Positions 13,001 through 29,275 of a stretch of DNA of 64,000 nt are shown piece by piece; the stretch's first letter is position 1; every line of letters starts with the position of its first letter. The notes under the pieces were generated by a model that was given only the letters and a program-made list of their open reading frames with translations, was not told where the DNA came from and did not search any database. This DNA comes from Rotaria socialis (Eukaryota). The stretch lies in NCBI GenBank assembly GCA_905331295.1, contig CAJNYD010000062.1, positions 124,001-188,000 on the forward strand, given 5' to 3'. Position numbers and translations under genes: made by a program.

Positions 13001-13883
13001 GATAATATGAAGATATATATATATAGCAAACGAGACCTTTTGAAACTTTTGTAGCTAGAGAAAACCTCTTTTCAATCGATATTGACTTTTCTCTCATAAT
13101 TGCTGTATAGGTTTCTGTTGCATAGTAGCACAGTATCCTGACATAACATAGTATCAATGAAAAATAGTAAATAATGAATGAAACAAATGAAATACCTGAC
13201 GAGTCATTGCAACTGTTTCACTAATATTTTTATCTGTATGAAAAGAACAAAATCAATAATACGCTTTTTCCAATTATTGTATTTATATGAAAAATTAGAC
13301 ACTCGCAGTGTGTAATCGCTTTCTTACTTAATAAGCAGTAAGTATCTATTAAAAATGTTCCCATTAATTGGCAAGACTGTTAATTTATTTTGTGAAGAAA
13401 TTTGAAAAAAATCAAAAAAATGAATATTTTATAAAAATGGCATGTTTAACCATTCTTCTTTATCTATCATGATTCATATTTTTTGCAAATCTATTACTTT
13501 TGTTTATCGAACTGACTGAGCATCTTCGTAGCAGAGTTTGAAAATGTCAAATATATCAATTGACTCTATGTCTACATGTGATATTCTCTAGATTGACGAG
13601 TAAGTATATTTTACAATATATAATTCAAGCCGTTAATATTTTCAGATTTGTACATAAAATATGAAGTTAGAAAACTGAGGAAAGAAACTATGAAATAATA
13701 TTTCTGATTGATAGATGTTAAGAAGAAGTAAAAGATATTAAATGATTTTCTTTGCGTAATCGAAGAAGAAGAAAACAATACACAAAATAACATATTGTGT
13801 TCTACAATCGTTCTACAAATATTGTTCAATAGGAGCCTTGCTTATGAAGGATAGAATGATCATTGTTTAATGTTATATATATA

Positions 13884-16472
13884 TTATACTGTTACTAATG
13901 GATTTAAAATATCTCTTTTAATATAAAACAAAAGATAAGCATCTTGCGATACAATATCCTGTTCCAAATCTTCACTTTTTACACGTGTTACACACGAATC
14001 ATCGAATCTGTACCATTTACTTTTATTCGACATGCGATGCATAGCATATGCTATATAATGACCTCCATATATCGATCCAATATGATTACTAGTTGCAATT
14101 AAATCATAAATAGCTTCTTGTTGATCAGCTGTTGAAAATGCATTTAAATTTAGTTCTTTTATTGGATATTTTACAAACGTTTCAATTTTTTGGTGTAAAC
14201 CATTTTCATGCGAAAATCGTTTGAACTGAATAACGATTATAGGTGGAAGCTTGTAAAGTTCAAGTTGTTTAATTGCTGTCGTCTTTTGTTTACATGTTGC
14301 TCGTCGACAAGTCCATTCATCTTCTAAATGTTCTGATGAGAAAAAATCTTTTAGACAATCTTGAAGAGTTAACTTTTCCGCGGGTATTTCCAAATTCGCA
14401 GGTCGTTTATTGTTTGAACATTCTTCATGCTCCATTAATATAATTTCATCATGAGATAATTGATTAAGTGGTGTTCCAAAATCGAGTTCGCCATCTGGTA
14501 CCATCGCAAGTATGTGGTGGAAGAGTGCAGGTTGTTTATAATATTTAACAAATTCTTCTACAACATGTCCAACCTGTCCACTAATAGGCACATCGACGCA
14601 GGCAGTTTCATATTTTCCTAATTTTGAAATATAAGTAATCCAAAATTTTCGTTCTTGTCGACTGAGTGGTATGGACAAAAAACTAACAGGACTTATTGTA
14701 GATTCATCATTATTGCATGTAGTACATCTGATAATAGATTTTATTTCTCCGAAAAATAATTGTTTTATTATGGTATATTTATCGTTGTCATTTTTTTCTT
14801 TTAATTCCTTGTGTATAGCATCGAGAAAGTAAGTCATGAATTCTTGAGCATCCTGTTGATCATTTGTGGAAAATAGTAATTCTTTATTACCAATTGCATC
14901 TTTAATACGAATTGGTTTAAACGAAACATAGTGATGATCATTATCATCGTATTTCCATAAATTCCAAAGCAGATCAGCATATGCTCCAGTGACACTGCCT
15001 ATCTTATCAAATGGATTCCAATCCTTATCTGTATGTTCACCATCGTTCATGTGAGTATAATGAAAACCTTCCAAAAAGAAATTAGTTAATGGTGGCACAT
15101 GAGCAAGACATTGAATTGCACTGTTCATGTAGCACGTATTTCCAAGATTGTCCAAACCTATTGGACTTTTGGGGACACAATCAACTTTCGGGATTTTATT
15201 TGCTTTGAGTGACGGAGGAAATTCTTTACTGACAATAGACGAGTATCTAGGGGACCTATCTTTTATAGTGGCATCAATCGTATCATTTGGTTTGAATCCT
15301 AAGTCAGCTAAAGATCGATGTGTTTCCTTGCTTTTTGTAACGACGAATTCTACCGCATCTGAAGATAATTTATGTAAAACTAATTGATTGTTCTGTTCAA
15401 AGGCCTCTAGTTTTTTAATTAGTTGATCAACTGTATATTGAAGTGATACTTCTGTCTTTTCGGAATTTTTCATTGGAAACGTCCATTTGACAATAACTTT
15501 GTCAGAATTCGCTTTTGTACTTGACGGGGAGTCTAATTGATTAGACGCTTTGTTTTGAGCATTTGCAGTAGTTAGTTGATTTTTCTCAGAAGTCAAACGA
15601 AATTTTACAAAAACCTTTTGACCAGGTTTAATACCCAAGGATTTAAAACTTTTATCCGTATCAACGGAAGCGAGCAAATCTTTTCTTTCATTGAAACATT
15701 TGAACTCAATAATACGATAACTGTCATACCGTTTTTCAATTTTAATCTTTAATTCACCTATCGTTTCGGTATTTCGTACGTTGATAGTTGATTTTTCATG
15801 TCCATCATCATATTCAACGTGAACATCTATGTTTTCATTGGTGATCATCAATGAACTCGATGAGACGATCTGAACATATATCGCCATTCGGTCATTGACA
15901 CCTAGTTCAATCAATCGTCTTGTAGAACAAGAGAACAAGTTAAGTTCATCACAGATAGTAAATAGATGAAGTTGATGACGTTCAATTGACTGCAATAAAA
16001 ATATTTTGATAACATATTCGAGAAGCATTGCCAATGTTGTTTTTTCTTTGTACCATTGAAATATTTCTTTTTCTTTCTCATCTGGTCCAAATATCGTCAA
16101 CTGACATGGTTTAGGTGCGGGCGCAGTAGATGTTGGCTCGAAATGAAGTACGCAACCATTGGTCACGCATAACTCTCGTAGTGTTTTCTGTATATCTGTT
16201 ACACTCAACTTAAAGTACTCACTTTTATTCTTAAATCCAACCAAGCGAACTTCTTCTGGAGAAATATCATCAAGATAAAGAAAACTTAAAAGTTGTTTTA
16301 TAATATCACAAATGGTGATCTTTGGTGGACTATCAACGTTTACTTGCAATTCTATGTCATGTTTTTTATCCGAATATTGAAGTTGCAATCCAAGTTTTTG
16401 TTGTAATCCAGAATGTTTTGAACAGTGCGGATCACTGCAGCCCATGAAATATGATACACTCTCATGAAGCAT
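13884..16472 (-). CDS. Ubiquitin-specific protease (peptidase C19) with ~4 N-terminal ubiquitin-like domains, intronless, 862 aa
   Basis: Cys box GLDNLGNTCYMNSAIQCL, QQDAQEF, His box NHIGSIYGGHYIAY, WYRFDDS, AYLLFY; Zn-finger CxxC pairs (CTTC, CRRATC). Confidence 0.93.
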   Translation of the reverse strand: MLHESVSYFMGCSDPHCSKHSGLQQKLGLQLQYSDKKHDIELQVNVDSPPKITICDIIKQLLSFLYLDDISPEEVRLVGFKNKSEYFKLSVTDIQKTLRELCVTNGCVLHFEPTSTAPAPKPCQLTIFGPDEKEKEIFQWYKEKTTLAMLLEYVIKIFLLQSIERHQLHLFTICDELNLFSCSTRRLIELGVNDRMAIYVQIVSSSSLMITNENIDVHVEYDDGHEKSTINVRNTETIGELKIKIEKRYDSYRIIEFKCFNERKDLLASVDTDKSFKSLGIKPGQKVFVKFRLTSEKNQLTTANAQNKASNQLDSPSSTKANSDKVIVKWTFPMKNSEKTEVSLQYTVDQLIKKLEAFEQNNQLVLHKLSSDAVEFVVTKSKETHRSLADLGFKPNDTIDATIKDRSPRYSSIVSKEFPPSLKANKIPKVDCVPKSPIGLDNLGNTCYMNSAIQCLAHVPPLTNFFLEGFHYTHMNDGEHTDKDWNPFDKIGSVTGAYADLLWNLWKYDDNDHHYVSFKPIRIKDAIGNKELLFSTNDQQDAQEFMTYFLDAIHKELKEKNDNDKYTIIKQLFFGEIKSIIRCTTCNNDESTISPVSFLSIPLSRQERKFWITYISKLGKYETACVDVPISGQVGHVVEEFVKYYKQPALFHHILAMVPDGELDFGTPLNQLSHDEIILMEHEECSNNKRPANLEIPAEKLTLQDCLKDFFSSEHLEDEWTCRRATCKQKTTAIKQLELYKLPPIIVIQFKRFSHENGLHQKIETFVKYPIKELNLNAFSTADQQEAIYDLIATSNHIGSIYGGHYIAYAMHRMSNKSKWYRFDDSCVTRVKSEDLEQDIVSQDAYLLFYIKRDILNPLVTV

Positions 16473-17459
16473 TTTTTTAATATGTGATGTACGTTGCAGC
16501 TGTATTTATGATTGCAATTGTACTCGAATAAATAAAATAAATTTTTTCATCTACAATGAAAAGTTATCTGCAATAGATAACGAATAGCTATATATATGTT
16601 ATGCTTCTTCCTAGATAAAAAATGAAGTAATAATTGATTAAAAACTCAATTTTTTACAAGGAATAATAATAAACTCCTGATGAATCGCTAAAGTACGAAT
16701 GATATCGAAAATTTATTTGTAATATTTAATTCACTATATATTTTCATTGGTGAGTCTTAAAAAGAGCGTTACCAAATTAAAGATATATAAATAATTTTTC
16801 TCAATAGTTCAAACAGTCAAATTTTAAATGAAAACAAAAACAAAAAAGCTGCATTTTTTTATTCGATTTCATGTATGAATTTACCTGCTTTTTTAAATTT
16901 CTCTGTGCGACTTGAAAAAATAAACTTCCATCATCGACAATAATAAAGAAACGTGTGATGCATACAAACTTACATATAGCGTATAGAAAAGAGAACCTTT
17001 CTTTTTTTTCTTTCTGTTTTTTCCATTAAAATATAAAAACAAAGAACACTTGCACGTTCTTTCTGATTGCGTCTTCATATGCTTACGCTTTTTGTGTCAG
17101 TACTACTAAATAATCGTAAAAACTCAGAAAATGTTTCATTTGAACCAACACGCAATCCTATCTTAATTGAGACTCCAATAATGATAGCCTGAACTCATCA
17201 ATCAAAGAAAATAAATCACAATAAACCGATTTTGTCTCTGATTTTTGTTCTTTCAAATATTAAGAATCTGATTACTATAACGTCGAATCAACAATAGTAT
17301 ACATCTGATGATATTTTATCAAATATTTGAAACAAAATATGATCTTCCATTAGTTCGCTATGCAGAGTTTTTATTTTAGATCCTAACATATCATGAGAGT
17401 CACAAATTAAAACGAGTGTCAAAATACAATTTTTCACTTATGCTGGTTCTGTCTATTTT

Positions 17460-18400
17460 ATGGGTATTCAATGAAAGTCAAATGAAAAATGGTCACATAT
17501 TTTGGCAGCTTTTTGTAATTAAATGTCATTAATAATGTTGTTGCTTAAATGTTGCCCTGCTTCTTTCAAAGTTTACACTGAAAATATTTTTACCTGTGAC
17601 TACACTGGATGGAATATCTGGTAGACATTTCCCATTGACGAGTACAGTTTTGTATAATTTAACGAATGCTTGGCACACTAATGTAATATCAGTTCATCTT
17701 TAATAAATTTTATTAATTGTTTTGCATAAAGATCGACTCGTACCAGCCGTAACTATTTTCCTCTTCTGACTCCTCTTGATCTAAATAAATATCAATGAAA
17801 TATATTTTTAGGAACATGTTCAGTAGTGTTCAGATTTCCAAAAAAGGAAATTGCGGAAAACTTGAGCCTGAGATCTTCGAAAGTCTGCTATTACATAAAA
17901 ATCGATAATGTCGGAAATTGCCAACTTTCCGTAATTTCCTTTTTCGAAAATCTGAACATTACCTCAATAATTCATCATGTAATTTCTATTCATATCAACA
18001 CGGTTGCATTTCTCGATCGAAAGATACGATTTGTATACGGCCCTTTATTGTCATCTCGCAACGTATAAACAGATACCATATGTCAGTATTACGTGAAATA
18101 GAGCTTTGTACATGGTATGCAGTACCATATAATGTTGCCCAATATAACGAGTAAATAGTGTTCATTAACATGATATGTCGCATCAGAAACAACAATATTT
18201 AGCGAAATTACGATGAAATACAAATAGTCGCACTCATCGATATAGGTTCACTCGGTTTTCTTTTTGTTAGGAATGATAAAAATTCTTCGTTGAATAATTG
18301 AAATTAGATGCAAATCTTTATTTTGCTGATTGTTTTGAATGGAACTGTAATCGGGAAAACTTACGAATCGCTCTCGTTTTCTGGCAAGTAACAGCATTGC
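17460..18400 (-). mobile_element. Possible heavily decayed transposase relic (CxC5/KDZ-like)
   Basis: Stop- and frameshift-ridden minus-strand fragments (QLFNEEFLSFL, IWYCIPCTKLYF, TVLVNGKC) loosely resemble CxC5-KDZ proteins. Weak. Confidence 0.2.
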
Positions 18401-18482
18401 AAAAATGTTAAATGAAAATTTCAAAACAAGATTTATTGTATTTCATGTAAATAAGAAGAAATATTCACCATCTTTCTCCTAT

Positions 18483-18613
18483 GGCCCCATTCACACTGAA
18501 AAAATAAAACAGATTAAGCAACGTGATTGATTAAATCACACTTAAGTCATCTTTTTTAGACGACTTACGTTAGTGATTAATTTTTTTTTATCATTTTTGG
18601 TGTGAATGGGGCC
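18483..18613. mobile_element. MITE (PIF/Harbinger/Tourist-like), 131 bp
   Basis: Perfect 14-bp TIR GGCCCCATTCACAC / GTGTGAATGGGGCC flanked by a 3-bp direct repeat TAT. Confidence 0.8.
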
Positions 18614-18644
18614 TATACCTTTAACTTAACTAATGCAGATCTTA

Positions 18645-18762
18645 GGGGTCAAACAGACTGAAAAAATAAAAGCTGAATTAAGAGATGTGATTGGTGTTTC
18701 TATGTAACAACGGCAAATATATTGGTTAATTCACTTTGAATTAAGTCAGTCTGTTTGGGGCC
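18645..18762. mobile_element. MITE (PIF/Harbinger/Tourist-like), 118 bp
   Basis: Imperfect 17-bp TIR GGGGTCAAACAGACTGA / TCAGTCTGTTTGGGGCC flanked by a TTA target-site duplication. Confidence 0.8.
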
Positions 18763-20071
18763 TTAGAAAATTTCTTTACTCCAGTTTAGAATAAAAATAT
18801 ATTGCTGTCTTTGTGAATAAAAGGTCATATTATATTTCTTGATCTTCCTCTACACATCTAATAATTATACCTTGGTCTTGATCTTTGTTTTTTATTTTTC
18901 GTATAATTTACGATTCTTGCTATTTGAATCAAAATAAAACAAATGCAAGTAGCTACTATACTGTCACCTCTTCAACTTGTGTATTCATGTAAAATAGTAG
19001 TAACATACAGATACAGTGTTCTGTCAACGACATCTATATATCAATACATATGTATACATTTTCGTTTGGTCTATACATTGATTTACATTATAGAAGATTA
19101 GATAAACAAAATTCATAGGTTATCTACACAATTTATTGACAATATTTATAAAAACGAAATATTATTCGAATTTATATAATTATTCGAAACATTTATTTGT
19201 GTTACTGTGCATAGATCGCTTATCATAGATGTGAACTTGTTGCATTATGATAAAATCGAACAGATGATTCATTAATTTCGAATGAGGAAAATAAATATGC
19301 GCAACTAACTCGGGTTATTAGAAATCAAAGTCGAAACAAGAAGTCAATTGATTTGAAATACTCTATCAGTAATTTGAAGCATAATTAAGTGTTAAAAAAT
19401 AATAAGCAAAAATCATCAAAATAAAAATCAAAGTTTTTTATAATTTAGCATTTTTTTTAAATTCAAGGTCAACAGAGGTTAATGGACAAACTATCTCCGA
19501 AATTTCGAATTATCTTTTTGAAAAATCAAATTTGAATGAACTAGAGGTACGTTTACAAAGAAAAATGTATTCAATTAATGCTATGATTAACATAAAATGA
19601 AAGAATTTTTAACTATTAAAATTTAATCCGTAACAAATAAGTAAAATTTGATACTTAGAAATACATCACTAATTGCTACTATTGTAAAACTAGTAATTAT
19701 TTTCTCTAGTTATATTATTGTTGCATGCCACGAAATAAATACCTGTTTAGTGCCAAGTACGTTGTCTTGTATTAGAAAGAATCAAGAAAAACTACTTCAA
19801 TCGATTGATTTTAAAATTGGTTTTTATCATAGTCATTGATTCTATGTCATCGCCGATCATATCTGTAAGAATATAACTGTTTATAAAGTATGCTAGATAA
19901 TGCATACTATACAACAATATTAGATACATATTTTATCAATTGAAAGAGAAGATGATTACTTTTCGTTCTTGTTTTATTTGTAATAAAAATGAAAATAACT
20001 TCATTGCTACTTTAAAAAAAACTATAGTAGAATCTTATTTTTAGATTTTTTAAAAGAAAAATTGTCAAGTA

Positions 20072-22903
20072 ATGAAATTATTAGTGATTTCAGTGAGTTT
20101 TATTTTATTTTCTAATATGTATGGATTGGATGCAGATGAATCAGCTGGTATTAATGTGTTAGAAGCATTAAAAGCAATAAATCTATCATGTGATCTTCAT
20201 ATATTTGTAAATTCAGCTGATGATACTGAAGATAATTATAAAGCTTTAATACATGATCTGACACAATATTGTTCAGGCTCTGAATCAACAAAAGTTTATC
20301 AAGTTCTATGTCGTATGATATTCATAGAGCTTGAGATTGGTTGTTCTTTATTAAATCAATCACGTTCATTACCAATTAAATATATAACTTCAGAAACGCC
20401 AACGAAACTATGTTCAATGAATCAAATAATGCATATTAATCTTTGGATATGGAAAAAACTAAAATTAAATAAAGAAGAACAAATGGGTTCAGCCTTGGCT
20501 AAATTATGTACCAACATAACGTCATCAAACGAAACAATTCGTTTGGCAAGATTTTTTTATGAAATTGCGCCAAGTATTAAACGAATTGATTCATATAGTA
20601 GAAATTCTATATCGCATAAAATACTTGAGGGTTCATCGATTGATAGAGTCAATTTAAAGAAAAGAGAATATGCCGCAAACTCTGATGGAAAAGGTAAATA
20701 GAATGTTTTTTTTTCTTCACGACTTTGATTATATAAAATAGATCAAAACAAGATTGAATACGAAAATCAATTATTAAACAAAAATATCAAGGCTGAATTT
20801 CAATCAGTGAAAAACAATTCGGATGAAAACCTTGAGGGTTAAAAATAAATATGATTGATTTTTAAATGAAATGAAACTTATCTCTCTGATTATAGGAAAT
20901 AAAATAGGAGCAGTATTGGACTTGAAACAAAAACAATCCGATTCTAGTAAATTATTTATATGTGTATTCTTTCTAAAAAAAAACATTTATTTTATTTTGA
21001 AGATATCAATAAAACCAATAGCTCCGAAAGTAAGTTGAAAAGAATTGATTTTAATTATAGCCTCATAGAAAAAATAAGATCGTATTAAGAATATACAAGT
21101 ACAGTGAACTTACTTTTTGTCGAAAACAAATATATCAATAGTGATGATAGTAGTAATGAGAAATATTCATAATTCTTTTAACACGAGAAACGATTTACAT
21201 GCTGAATAAAACTAAGTTCACCAATAAGATGTGAAGCTAGTTATTTATCTTCAATAAAACAAAAATTATTTATTATTGAAAAAATAGAGATGCGCCCTTT
21301 TGTTTTTATTGCAACAAATTTCGGATATACTTAGAAGTTATCTTGTAATATACTTCCTCAATTTCACCTTTTCCGATTTTGTATTTTTATCTTCTACCAA
21401 CAATAGTCAAATCTAAATATTATATTGTTTTGGAAAATCAGTTAAACAATCACGCGAACGAGAATATGCTATCTAATTAATATTATAAACTTGAATTATT
21501 TATTGAAAAGTGTTTATTTGAAAGAAGATAGTTCAATAACAATTTCACCGATTTTTCTACATAACCTCTATTATAGATGATTTGGAACAAGGCCAAGAAA
21601 CTGAATCAAAATTTAAAAATGAAATAAAGAAAAAGAAAAGGAATGGTAATTGATTGTTTATAATTTATTAAAATGCATAACAGATAAATAATTCTAGTGA
21701 TATATCGGTTAGGGCTTGATAAAGAAGCATCAGGTAAAAAAATTTATTTTATTTACGTTTTCTTACATTTACGTTTCCTATAGGACGAGAAAAAATTAAT
21801 GAACGACCAAGTAAATCATATTTTTAAAAGTATTAAAACAGAAGAAAACTCGTCATTTGATTTAACTAGAACCAAAAGCGCTTGATATTGAAACTGCTTT
21901 TAAATCAAATGATGATAAAGAAGGAAATTGGCTGGAAGGTATCAGTTTAGTGTAATACTAAATGGGATATGGGTACTAAAACAAAATTTTTAATTTTTAA
22001 CTATCTATAATATTAACAAACATTTGTAGGATCAAATATTGAAAACAAACAAGAAAATGAAGCAGATATCAATTCAAATCGTTTTCATCTAATGAAATAC
22101 CGTGAAAATCGATTAAACGTTCCTGTAGGAACAAAGAAAAAGCTTAAACTCAGTAAGATATTCATTTTGGCTAAATTGCAGTAAATAAGAAATAAAATTA
22201 ATAGTCTCGCAATAATCTTGTAACTGATTTGATCATTTTCATGTTCTTCATGTAAATTTATGCTATTATCTAATGTTGAGTCTTAATTTTCTCAATGGTA
22301 GTTTTAATATTGATAGTGGATGATTTTGTTGAATCATTTCTTTCAAACTAATTTTTGGAGTAATGTTATATTTAAAGTTAAATTGCTCTACATGAACTCC
22401 ATCATCATCAAAACGATGTAAAAAACCAAAAATATTTAGTGTGAAAAAACTATACTGCCCAAATCTACGTTTCTAGTAAGAAAAGATCACACTTTTAAAG
22501 AATATCAATCTACTGAACTTCAGTGATGAAGACAACAATAGTTGAATTAATCGTTGATCCATTTTAATTTAACTTTTGTTTTCCAATGAACTATTTATTT
22601 TAATATTTTTTACCTTTTTTAAGGACCACGAACAAATCTAAATCGTGACAATAATTCGTCAAAACAATTTATGACTAGCTTTCTTCTTTTTACTTTATGT
22701 ATCGTCATTATTTATTTGATCTTAACCAACAGAAATAAAGTAAATTTAATTTTCCAGGAAATAAAAATATTACATTTTCGTATTTCTTATAGTTCTTGGG
22801 TTTACTAATCGAACGATATAGACGTAGATATGCAAAACGTGGACGCCATTTTGATTCAAGTTTCGGTCCAATGCGCCTGCCTCGTTTATCACAAAGTAGC
22901 TAA
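20072..22903 (+). CDS. Type I single-pass membrane protein, TGN38/TGOLN2/KCT2-like, multi-exon
   Basis: Signal peptide MKLLVISVSFILFSNMYG, Cys-rich first exon, several small charged exons. Last exons give SSKQFMTSFLLFTLCIVIIYLILTNRNK|FLGLLIERYRRRYAKRGRHFDSSFGPMRLPRLSQSS*, resembling the TGN38 TM-tail. Internal exon structure only partly resolved. Confidence 0.6.
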
Positions 22904-23351
22904 AACAGCTCAAGAAATAAGAAGAAACATTTCATATATTTTTCGTCGAAATATTCTTATTTCAATTATCCTAATTATTGCTATTCTCATCAAAAATTAA
23001 TCTTTCTTTATATTCGAATATTCTTTTATAGTCGTTGAAAAAAGACGATGTGCTGCTAATTTTCTCTTAAAAAAGTCTTATTCATACGATAGATTATATT
23101 CTATTGTTTTTTTTTTATCAAATAAAGTTTTTTTTGTAGGCGTTATGTATTATGACTAAATTTTTCTTACTATAAATATCTTGTTTCTACTCCTTGTTTG
23201 AAATTTAAAACAAGTGATATTTTTTCCAATAGACCAAACACTTTGAAAAGTAAGTTGAAGAGAAAATTTATTGATGCTAAATTATTGAATCGATTGATAT
23301 GTTTGTACATAAAATAATCTTGTGGTGTATTTTTTAACTTTGTTTCAACAT

Positions 23352-23440
23352 CCGAACTTAGCTCAGCTGGCAGAGCGGTAGGCTGTAATGGAGTAATCAT
23401 AGTAACCTATAGGTCCCCAGTTCAAATCTGGGAGTTCGGA
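23352..23440 (+). tRNA. tRNA-Tyr(GTA) with a 16-nt intron (23389-23404)
   Basis: Acceptor CCGAACT/AGTTCGG plus discriminator A (C1:G72, A73 = eukaryotic Tyr identity); D arm GCTC/GAGC; anticodon stem GTAGG/CCTAT with loop CT-GTA-A|intron|A; T arm CCCAG-TTCAAAT-CTGGG; poly-T Pol III terminator follows. Confidence 0.95.
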
Positions 23441-24936
23441 TTCGTAATTTTTTTTTCTTTCCTTCTTTCTTTATTTTTTTGTGTGCGTTTCGCGTAGTGC
23501 ACTGTTGCAGTGATAGATATAGTTGCTTTTGCAGTTACTCATACAGAGTTATCAATTTTACATATTTTCTTGTTAGATATCTGTATAAAATAATTTCGAA
23601 GGTTTTTTAAACTTTCTTCTCATGCAAAATATCACTTTATTCAAAGTGTAGAATTAAAATTTTTTTTTCTTAATTCTGTTTATTATACAAAGTTAATTTA
23701 GTTTGAATTTGACTAGTATAACCAACTGTAACTATCAACACAATATTAACAATATATTGTTTAATAAAATGTCTTTTCTTTAAAATTTTCTGAACGCTAA
23801 TTTTTACGAGTGAACCATTTCAAGTAACAAAATCTAACATTAATATCTATTGAAATGTTTCCATTTAATAATATTTTATTTCTGCAACTGAATAAAAATA
23901 TGAGTATATAGTATCAGCAGAACATTATTTCGACAAGAAAATTCTGTGTAATAAATTTCGAGAGTAATCGTTTTATTGAAAAATTGCATATGTAGAGTAG
24001 TTACTTTAAAATCAAGAATAAAAATTATATGAAAAATGATGGTGTTATACAATAGCTTTATAAAAGATTCATATTAGATGATTTTGACCGCGTTTAAGAT
24101 TTAATCCTTGTTACGAGTACATTGATCTATCCTATTTCTTTTATGCAAACAATAGTTTAAGATTTGTTAAAAATCGTTACTTTTTTTGATAACATTGTTT
24201 AGTATTTTTCTTCTTAAACTTAAATTATCAAAGAATTCACTCGAACTTGAAATGTCTTACCTTGATTAGTCAGCTAATTAATATTTTAGGTTCAAAATGA
24301 TTTAATAAAAAGCATTACAAAGAATGATAATTTATTGTAGTGGACTACATTTTTGCAATACGCTTGTTAGTAGATATTAATTTTAAAAATTAACTTTGGA
24401 CTATATAATGAAAAGCTTCCTAGAATTAAAGAAAACGTTGTTAGTAAAACCTTCACTAGATTAAAGTGTGCTACACAATAAAACTAATTTCTATAGGTGA
24501 TCAATCACAGTCTGCTATCAATTCTGAGTATCATCTATGATAGCTTATGATAGTATTTGAAAATCATCTGACACGTTCTGTGCCGGATTGAGGGCGCACA
24601 ACGGTTGCTTAGTTCTGCCCGTTACGTTTTAACATCCATTTAAGACTGTGTTTCACACAATGTCAGAAAAATGCCTTAGTCTACTGTTTAGAACGAGAAA
24701 ATATCAGACTACAGAAAATGAACATTATTAATTTTTAAAATTGAAATATTCCTTCATAATTTACAGTAAGATATGGAATTTACTTGCAAAGGGTATGTCT
24801 CAAAACTAGGCAAAACGGTTTATTTACTATTATCTAAGAAACTTGATAACACTTTCTGTTGCTTATCAGTATCTATATTTACAAGCGACACAATTGTTTT
24901 TCATATAATATATTTTTACTATTGCTAAATTAAAAC

Positions 24937-26806
<1,870 letters not shown>

Positions 26807-28018
26807 CTCTAACTTATTGATTCCATAAGTAATTGATACAATAAACGATTGTCTTTTCTTTATAATTAATTTTATATCTTAGTCATGAAAGTTACTAAAA
26901 TAAGTTACATTTTTTTTGAATCCAAAAAATTGAATAAATACCGTACAGAGTATAGGTCGAAAATTTTCTGTCATTGGCAGTAATTTCCTTTTAAAATATA
27001 AATAAAATAGCTACTTGATGACATAGATCTTTATGTTCAATTGTAATATGTTAAATCAAATAGAAAAAAAGTCAAATTTTGACTCAGATCAATGTTGTTA
27101 TTTGTATCATTACATAGTCAATTTACTTTATGAAAACGTACATTTACATGAGAATTGTTTGAAAATAATAGTTATTTTTCCAGCCATACTAAAGTAACTG
27201 ATTGTCTCTTATGGGTTTTTTTCTTAATTTGAATTCATGTTCAATGTTATCATCTTTTCTTCTCTACATGAATGCATGTAATAATGATATGACAGATTAA
27301 AAGAGATAAAGAGTTGCTACCGAATAACATGAAATACACTTCGTCATTTTTCTAACACATAGATAACAAAACGAAATGCATAGAATAAGTCCGATGTATA
27401 GTTATTTATGCAAGCTCGTATTTATACTCTGACAATTTCTTTGGCTTTTAATTTATTGTATGCATCAACTTAGTCGAGTAATATTACAAGCCAAATTATT
27501 TTATCTTAAACGAAATCTGTAGAGAATTCGCCAAGATCAACCTTTCCTAAATTTTTTTCACTTTGCAAGAATAAAAAAGTGTTCAAGAACTCAATGATTT
27601 GAATGACTTAATTTCCAAATACTAGATGAAACAAAACTATAGTATTAACCATAAGAAAAAGAAATAACATTTTTGGGATGTGAAAAACGGATAGCGACGT
27701 ACTCATGGTATTCATATTGTTACAGTTAGTTGTATTTTCTTAAAACTGTTGTGTACTGCTTCACTGTGTTAAAGCTTTTTTGCGTCGGAACGTTTAAAAT
27801 TGAATATATGTCGCACATTGTTTACAAAAGATAAGAACTTCGTTTTCTGTTCCTTTGCTGTTGCAAGTGAGCGGTGACATTTTTTCTTTTCGTAAGTGAT
27901 ATGAAAATAAATGTCTTATCATATTAATCTAGTGCAATGATATATAAAAATGTAGTTATTACACTCTTATTTTATTTTCAATTTCGCTTCGTCAACAAAG
28001 AAATAGCATACAACAAAA

Positions 28019-29275
<1,257 letters not shown>

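Noticed and set aside
23170..23400. 76-aa minus-strand ORF
   Set aside because: Overlaps the tRNA-Tyr on the antisense strand; no coding features.
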